Sequence record: MW749003.1
DNA length: 64,000 nt
Direction: 5' to 3' (one strand)
The translations under genes were made by a program, and so were the position numbers. Under the pieces are notes generated by a model, which saw only the letters and a list, made by a program, of their open reading frames with translations, did no database searches and was not told where the DNA came from. This document shows, in pieces, positions 58,004 to 64,000 of the stretch. Position 1 is the first letter of the stretch. The number at the start of each line of letters is the position of its first letter.

Positions 58004-60220
58004 TTAAACTTCCTCATAAATAACCTTATCTTCTTGATTCTCTTCAGATACAGTTATTTTTACTGACTCTTTCAATAACATAGTATCATTATTGTTTAAA
58101 CTAGACTCATAATTAAAGCGATCAGATAATTTATAGATATCATGTTGATTTATTTGAATATCTGAAATTTTATATTGATCATGATAACCTATACCTTCTA
58201 TTGGTGAGTGAATTGTATGAACTATTCGATCATCATTGAGAACCATATTAGAATCATCTTTATACAATTGAGATTGCCACCACATTACATCTCTTATATT
58301 TAATGGTACTTTGATATTAAGATTAGTATCTAAGATATTAGAAATATCTAATAGATCGATAGTGCTTGCAAAACTATGATCTGTTGTTGCACTAAAATCA
58401 TCAAATAATTTAAGAGTATTAAATGTTTTATCATCAAATGAAAATACAATATTAGCTGATAAAAGATCAATAGTGTATGATTTAAAAATACTAATAATTG
58501 TATAAAGATATTTTTCTATATATGAACTTAGTCCAATAAAATTATTATTTGTAAAATATCTTCTTACTTTCGGATCGCTAATATAGTTTCCAATTGATTC
58601 AGTTAATTCAAATACTCTGTCTTTATAAAAATTAGCTAATAATTTCTCACTATCTTTAATAGTATCTGGTACTTGAATATATTTATATAGATCATAATTT
58701 CTTGTTTTAATGTAATCACTAAATGTTTCACTATCACCATAAATAGAATTGCTGATTTTAGTCCTCATTTCAATATCCCATATCTCTTGAAGTTTTCTAT
58801 AGATATGATAGTTGTCAGTTTCTATAATCATATCTTCTAGATATTTTCGCATTTTCTCATTTGTATTAAAAACCTCTAAGAAATCTTCGATAGAATATTT
58901 TTCTTTCTCAAAACCTGTCATTTTAAAATTCTCAGTAAATTCAATAATTTCTTTATAATTATTGATTCTAGAAACATTTTTAATAGCTATCTCTTTAATT
59001 TCACTCATTATACTACTAATATCTATACTATTTTCTATGTCCCGATAGCCATAAATATAATTAATAACATCTGGATTCTTACTTATAGTATCCCTATAAC
59101 CATGACTTCTAATAACTAAAGATTGCAGAGCTACTATAGCATCATATATCTTGACTATATTTTCAGAAATACTTCCATTAATAAATCCAAAGTCAATACC
59201 TTCTTTTTGACTATAATCTAATTGAAACTTATTTAATATTGACATGAAATAAGCTAACCCAATTGTTTCATTCATAGCATCTATTGTAGTATCAACACTC
59301 ATATATTTTGAATTAATAAAATTAAAAGGAATACTCTTTACTTCATCTTCTGATGCTTGCCAATAAGGATCATTTGAAACAATTGAATTATAATCTAGAA
59401 TAATATCTTTTTTAAAATCAACTTCTTTATCAGCAGGTGTTTTAAAAAACATTAGATAAGGATCATTATAGTTTAATTTCCCAGTTCTTGGATCTGTACT
59501 ATAACCTTTTGCCAATACATATCTATATATCTCTATATTATCAAAACCAAATAAATTGATAATTTCAAGAATAGCCTGATTAGTTCCTTTATGAGATAAT
59601 AATGTATTAATCATTTTTAATAATCTTCTTTGATAATTAATTGGCATATCCTCAAAATAATCAAGACCAACTGAAATAAATGCATTTTTAAGAGTCCTCA
59701 TATCATAAACATCTATATTAAAGAAATTTTCCATCTTTCTAGTTAGATATCTCTGGACGGTAGAGAATATTAAGAACAATTTAATAAATCCTCTATACAT
59801 ATCTTGGTTTTTAAATGCCTTAGTAGAGGTAACTTTATTATGATAATTTAGTACTTCATAGTAGCACTCATAAAATAGATTCATTTCTTCTCTTGATAAA
59901 GTAGGTCTTGTGGCTAATAAAATATGAAGATCTTTGGCAGTTCTAGAAGTTAAATAGTCTATTCCCCAGTTATCATACAATTCTTTATAGTAACTATTTA
60001 ACTCAGTATAACCATCAATTATTTTTTTCTTAGTTTCTTCATCTACATCATATAAACCTAAACGTATATTTATGAATTCATTAGACAAACGATAAGAATT
60101 TGTAGTTTCCAAGGAATCAGCTAATTCAGTATCTTTTAGAATGAGACCATTGGCGAACTCAAGGACGCTTTCAATCTCATTTATATCCCCTTGTGAGAGG
60201 ACACTATAATTGCTTCCCAA
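58004..60220 (-). CDS. Baseplate wedge protein (T4 gp7 / P2 gpI-like)
   Basis: LSHKGTNQAILEIINLFG motif. Confidence 0.6.
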   Translation of the reverse strand: MGSNYSVLSQGDINEIESVLEFANGLILKDTELADSLETTNSYRLSNEFINIRLGLYDVDEETKKKIIDGYTELNSYYKELYDNWGIDYLTSRTAKDLHILLATRPTLSREEMNLFYECYYEVLNYHNKVTSTKAFKNQDMYRGFIKLFLIFSTVQRYLTRKMENFFNIDVYDMRTLKNAFISVGLDYFEDMPINYQRRLLKMINTLLSHKGTNQAILEIINLFGFDNIEIYRYVLAKGYSTDPRTGKLNYNDPYLMFFKTPADKEVDFKKDIILDYNSIVSNDPYWQASEDEVKSIPFNFINSKYMSVDTTIDAMNETIGLAYFMSILNKFQLDYSQKEGIDFGFINGSISENIVKIYDAIVALQSLVIRSHGYRDTISKNPDVINYIYGYRDIENSIDISSIMSEIKEIAIKNVSRINNYKEIIEFTENFKMTGFEKEKYSIEDFLEVFNTNEKMRKYLEDMIIETDNYHIYRKLQEIWDIEMRTKISNSIYGDSETFSDYIKTRNYDLYKYIQVPDTIKDSEKLLANFYKDRVFELTESIGNYISDPKVRRYFTNNNFIGLSSYIEKYLYTIISIFKSYTIDLLSANIVFSFDDKTFNTLKLFDDFSATTDHSFASTIDLLDISNILDTNLNIKVPLNIRDVMWWQSQLYKDDSNMVLNDDRIVHTIHSPIEGIGYHDQYKISDIQINQHDIYKLSDRFNYESSLNNNDTMLLKESVKITVSEENQEDKVIYEEV

Positions 60221-60277
60221 TCGTGTTCACCTCGCTTATTATTTATCTTTATGTTCAGAAATGGAGGAAATGTGAAA

Positions 60278-60943
60278 ATGATAAAAAAAATTAATAGTCC
60301 TGCTAAAGTCAATAATATTGTAAATATTCAAAGCGTTCAGAATAACGATAATATTTTATTAAAGAATATGGATGGCTACTTCCAAGAGAAATTTTATTAT
60401 ACTGATATTTATGATGATACTAAAATGAAAAAACTAGTTGGATCAATTAAGAGTCAAATTAGATCAAGTGATGAGTATTCTCACTATATTGGCTTTCTTA
60501 AAAACGAATTAGGATTATCTCATTGTGCTGTTTTAGGAAATGTATCAGCAGAAGATGCGTCATTAGAGTTTCACCATTATCCTTTTACTATACATGACAT
60601 AATTAATCTGTCAATTAGTAGACATATTCTTCTAGGAAAAAAATTTAATTCTTTTACTATTATTAAAGAAGTATTAGATGATCATTATAATAATATAATA
60701 GGTTTAGTACCATTATCATTAACTGTTCATGAATTAGTACATGCTGGTGAAATATTTGTTAATTTGAACCAAGTTTATGGTGATATAAATGAATTTAATA
60801 AAAAATACTCGTTTGCTATGACTGATGATATGATTGAAAAATTTAATAAATTAATAGAACTAAGCGAGAGTAATGCACCATATAGTGAAAATAATATTCT
60901 TAAAAAAATATATGATAATAATGAAGATAACGATAGAACTTAA
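60278..60943 (+). CDS. HNH/His-Me-finger-like protein (paralog of 48525-49229)
   Basis: LEFHHYPFT...GLVPLSLTVHELVH. Confidence 0.55.
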   Translation: MIKKINSPAKVNNIVNIQSVQNNDNILLKNMDGYFQEKFYYTDIYDDTKMKKLVGSIKSQIRSSDEYSHYIGFLKNELGLSHCAVLGNVSAEDASLEFHHYPFTIHDIINLSISRHILLGKKFNSFTIIKEVLDDHYNNIIGLVPLSLTVHELVHAGEIFVNLNQVYGDINEFNKKYSFAMTDDMIEKFNKLIELSESNAPYSENNILKKIYDNNEDNDRT

Positions 60944-60966
60944 TCTATCGTTATCTTCATTATCTA

Positions 60967-61239
60967 TTAACTAATGAAAGTTTTCCATTCATTTCCTTTA
61001 TCATCTAGAATTTTACTTTCTGTCGTTCCACTATCATACATTGACCAATCGTGAAACCTTTCAGCTGATTCATGAGAATCTTTATCACATAATGCTTCAT
61101 AATATAAAGTTTTATCATCATCATATACACGTACTCTTTCTACGTTTTTACCTTTATAATCATCTGTGACTTTTTCCAAAACATCTGATTCTCTATTTCT
61201 TTTTTCTGATAGAAAGTCTCTTACTACTTTAAATCCCAT
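60967..61239 (-). CDS. Hypothetical early protein
   Basis: ORF with RBS GGAG. Confidence 0.6.
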   Translation of the reverse strand: MGFKVVRDFLSEKRNRESDVLEKVTDDYKGKNVERVRVYDDDKTLYYEALCDKDSHESAERFHDWSMYDSGTTESKILDDKGNEWKTFIS

Positions 61240-61299
61240 TTTAAATCATCTCCATAATAATATTATTACTTTAATTTTCCGAATATTAAGAATCTCTAT

Positions 61300-61705
61300 T
61301 TATCTAAATATTGTCCAGCAATACGTCCTCCTTCCTTTAAAATACGTTTCAGCAATCTTCTTATATGTCCAGTCTGGGAGTTCTTTAATAAGCTTTTCTA
61401 ATTTTTCAATATCCTGGATTTTTACTTTTGTAATTTATATTTTTTACTTTAATATAATAATGGACTCCTGCTTTGGTAACATTTAGTTCCTTGGCAAGTT
61501 TATCAAGAGTCCAGTCTGGATGTTCTTTAATAAGTTTCTTTAATCTTTCAATATCAATTGCTGGATTTTTACTTTTGTAATTTATATTTTTTGTTTTAAT
61601 ATAATAATGGACTGCTGCTGTAGTGACATTTAGTTCCTTGGCAAGTTTATCAAGAGTCCAGTCTGGGTGTTCTTTAATAAGCTTTTTTAATTTTTCACCG
61701 TCAAT
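61300..61705 (-). repeat. Tandem 147-bp repeat (2 intact units plus 1 frameshifted unit)
   Basis: 49-aa unit LKKLIKEHPDWTLDKLAKELNVT..VHYYIK.KNINYKSKNP. Confidence 0.85.
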
Positions 61706-61711
61706 TTTCAT
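61406..61711 (-). CDS. Tandem helix-turn-helix protein
   Basis: PDWTLDKLAKELNVTxAxVHYYIK twice. Confidence 0.75.
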   Translation of the reverse strand: MKIDGEKLKKLIKEHPDWTLDKLAKELNVTTAAVHYYIKTKNINYKSKNPAIDIERLKKLIKEHPDWTLDKLAKELNVTKAGVHYYIKVKNINYKSKNPGY

Positions 61712-62261
61712 TTACTTTCTCCTTAGCAAGTGTTTTAAGTTTCAATAGACATTTTTCTTTCCTTCTTTGCTCTTTTAACATTTCATCAATAACTCGTTTT
61801 TCACGTTCAAGATAAATTTCATAATACTCATTAATTAAATCAAAACTAAAATTAACTTGTGGATAATATTGTTTCATTTCTCTTTCAAAGATTACAGCTG
61901 GAACCGTAGTATTTCTAAATCCTTCAAGGGCTTTCCCAATCGCCTTTAATCTATTACAATCACCATCTACTCTCTCAAAATTAACATAATCCATTTCTTG
62001 TCCAAACTCTTCTGCTAAATTACTAGTAAAACCAATAAGTATCTCAATATCCCTTTTTAATTCTCGAATATCAATATAATATGAATTATTTTTTTCTTGA
62101 TCCCCCAATTGATAATTACTACCTTTATGTCTCAATGTCCTATTAGTATCATCAATAACAATGGGTCTCAATTTACCAAATATATTTGCATCATTTAACT
62201 CCTTTACTAAATTCTCTAATGCTTCTAATGTAATATCTTTTCCCAAGTGAAAAACCTCCAT
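61701..62261 (-). CDS. Hypothetical early protein
   Basis: ORF downstream of an early motif. Confidence 0.65.
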   Translation of the reverse strand: MEVFHLGKDITLEALENLVKELNDANIFGKLRPIVIDDTNRTLRHKGSNYQLGDQEKNNSYYIDIRELKRDIEILIGFTSNLAEEFGQEMDYVNFERVDGDCNRLKAIGKALEGFRNTTVPAVIFEREMKQYYPQVNFSFDLINEYYEIYLEREKRVIDEMLKEQRRKEKCLLKLKTLAKEKVNEN

Positions 62262-62284
62262 AATAATAAAACTTTATCATTAAT

Positions 62285-62297
62285 ATAATATATATTT
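62285..62297 (-). promoter_or_regulatory. Early promoter 13-mer
   Basis: Exact reverse complement. Confidence 0.7.
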
Positions 62298-62365
62298 AAA
62301 ATTTATATTTACATTTACTATGAACAATAGAATAGAGACATATTGAGATATGGAGGTTGAATTAA

Positions 62366-63571
62366 TTGGAAAAAGTACAAAAACCAATATCTATTTCAGA
62401 TAAAGATAAAGACTTTTTATTTTCTCTTTCTGAGGAAGATATTACATTAGAAATGCTAGAAAAACTTTTCGCTAATAAAAAGAATACAAAAGCTATGTTC
62501 AAGCCAAATGATATATTTGTATTACCAAAGGGTAGATTATACAATGATAAGAGTATGACAACAACTGTTGGAAGATATATCTTTAATTTATTCATGTTAT
62601 CTCCTAAAATTATTCAATTAGTAGGATATCAAAATATTTCATTTGATGATGGTAATATTGGTGGATTGGAAAATACTCTTTCTGAATATTTGATTGAAGA
62701 TAAAATTACAGTGCAAGAATTTGCAGATTATATTGACAAATTACAATGGCTTGGATTTATTACTGCAAAATTCTTAAATGCGTCACTAACTTATGATCTA
62801 TTAGAGATACCTAAAGAAACGGATGCTTTGAAAAAGAAATTAATTCAAGAGCATAAAAAAGCATTGGAATCTGGTGATTTAATTGCTATTAATAAAATTG
62901 AAAAACAGTTAGTAGCTGATGCAAAAGGAAGAGTATCTGATATTCCTGACTATCAAATTTATGCTAGTGGTGCTCGTGGAAGTTTTGGTAACAACTATAA
63001 GAATACTACATTACTTCGTGGAGCTATTAAAAATTTAGCAAATCCTGATCAAGTTCATATTTCAGATGCGTCATTAATGGAAGGAATACCACCAGAAGAA
63101 ATTCAATACTATTCAGATATTATCACCCAAGCATCATACAGTCGTGCTGTTGGTACTAGGGAAGGTGGATATGAATCCAAGAAGCTTAGTGCTGCTTTCC
63201 AAAACATTGTTTTAGATGATGAAGGTTCTGATTGTCATACTAAAAAGACTGTAACAGTTGAACTTAATAAGGGTAATGCAAATATGTTTATGTATAGATA
63301 TATTGTAGAAAATAATAAACTAGTATTATTAACTTCGGATAATATCAATAATTATATTGGTAAAATAGTTAAAGTCAGAAGTCCTCTATACTGCTTAAGT
63401 AAACAATACTGTAGTAAATGTGCTGGCGAACTCTACTATCGTTTAGGTATTAGGAACGTTGGAATTATTTCCAACCGTATTGGGACTTCTTTACTTAATT
63501 CTTCATTAAAGGCGTTTCATGACATGACTTTAAAAGTTGTAAATCTTGATATAGACAAATATATTGAGTGA
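62366..63571 (+). CDS. rpoC: RNA polymerase beta-prime C-terminal subunit (split; probably the virion enzyme)
   Basis: SGARG, bridge helix GTREGGYESKKL, Zn cysteines SDC / RSPLYC / CSKC, trigger-loop-like SLKAFH; late motif 62323-62334. Confidence 0.88.
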   Translation: MEKVQKPISISDKDKDFLFSLSEEDITLEMLEKLFANKKNTKAMFKPNDIFVLPKGRLYNDKSMTTTVGRYIFNLFMLSPKIIQLVGYQNISFDDGNIGGLENTLSEYLIEDKITVQEFADYIDKLQWLGFITAKFLNASLTYDLLEIPKETDALKKKLIQEHKKALESGDLIAINKIEKQLVADAKGRVSDIPDYQIYASGARGSFGNNYKNTTLLRGAIKNLANPDQVHISDASLMEGIPPEEIQYYSDIITQASYSRAVGTREGGYESKKLSAAFQNIVLDDEGSDCHTKKTVTVELNKGNANMFMYRYIVENNKLVLLTSDNINNYIGKIVKVRSPLYCLSKQYCSKCAGELYYRLGIRNVGIISNRIGTSLLNSSLKAFHDMTLKVVNLDIDKYIE

Positions 63572-63601
63572 TTTTTAGAAATAAATTAAAAAAATACACA
63601 G

Positions 63602-63637
63602 GTTCCTAACATTAGATTATTAACTAATGTTAGGAGC
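63602..63637 (+). promoter_or_regulatory. Hairpin covering the RBS of the next gene, with a late promoter inside
   Basis: TCCTAACATTAG/CTAATGTTAGGA stem; AACA-TTAGAT-TA at 63608-63619; AGGAG at 63632-63636. Confidence 0.65.
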
Positions 63638-63643
63638 TTATTA

Positions 63644-64000
63644 ATGCCAAGAAAAAATAAATATATTCCCAAATCCAATGATAAGATTAATAAATACAAT
63701 TACAATGACTTATTAAAATTAGAAACTGATGGAAAATATGAATTTCTTGAAAATTATATTAAATCAACAACACCAATAGAATGTAAACATTTAGATTGTG
63801 GAAATATCTGGAGAGTAGCACCTTATGAAATAATTAAAAGAGGATCAAGATGTCCTTTATGCGCTAATAAAATTAGGGCAGAAAAAGAGAAGTCAAATAT
63901 TGACGAATTGAATAATTTGCTTTTTGAATCATATGGTTATTATCCATATAATTTTATAGGAGAATATATTAACCATTCAACACCTATAAGAGTAAAATGT
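63644..64000 (+). CDS. Zn-ribbon-repeat homing endonuclease, N-terminal part; runs off the window end
   Basis: Hand-translated MPRKNKY...CKHLDCGNIW...GSRCPLC; same repeat as the intron endonucleases. Confidence 0.7.
   Translation, partial: MPRKNKYIPKSNDKINKYNYNDLLKLETDGKYEFLENYIKSTTPIECKHLDCGNIWRVAPYEIIKRGSRCPLCANKIRAEKEKSNIDELNNLLFESYGYYPYNFIGEYINHSTPIRVKC

Noticed and set aside
63540-63650. Group I intron interrupting the beta-prime gene at its stop
   Set aside because: No U-G P1 or core elements follow; the stop comes after the trigger-loop-like motif, consistent with a natural end of the split subunit.
1-64000. CRISPR array, uracil-DNA glycosylase inhibitor Ugi, tubulin or nuclear-shell genes, reverse transcriptase
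   Set aside because: No repeat-spacer array and no ORF with these motifs seen in this window.

Overview
A 64-kb segment of a very AT-rich Bacillus jumbo phage of the AR9/PBS1 group (phiKZ-related; uracil replaces thymine in the virion DNA of these phages). The identification rests on three proteins I recognise: the 464-aa promoter-specificity subunit of the non-virion RNA polymerase (35730-37124, with V206 and Y246 where AR9 gp226 has them), a GroEL-like chaperonin two genes away, and a split beta-prime C-terminal RNA polymerase subunit (62366-63571). The window holds lysis genes (GH25-LysM endolysin, LL-H-like holin), tail, baseplate and head genes, nucleotide metabolism (nrdIEF, T4-type dCMP deaminase, NMP kinase), replication and recombination genes (primase, RNase H, RusA, FEN-like protein), one tRNA-Asn and many early genes of unknown function. 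Two promoter classes can be read from the sequence: an exact 13-mer AAATATATATTAT (9 copies seen, early) and AACA-N6-TA (late). The most notable items are: (1) a baseplate-type gene split by two group I introns around a 60-nt mini-exon, each intron carrying a homing endonuclease with its own late promoter; (2) a ~260-nt GC-rich, pseudoknot-rich non-coding RNA candidate with a late promoter that ends in an armless tRNA-like minihelix with CCA; (3) two early transcription units whose 3' regions can fold back on their own ribosome-binding sites, one encoding a 15-aa amphipathic peptide; (4) late promoters embedded inside hairpins; (5) a probable -1 frameshift in a tail/baseplate chaperone pair. 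All functional calls come from motif recognition by eye; no database search or folding program was run.
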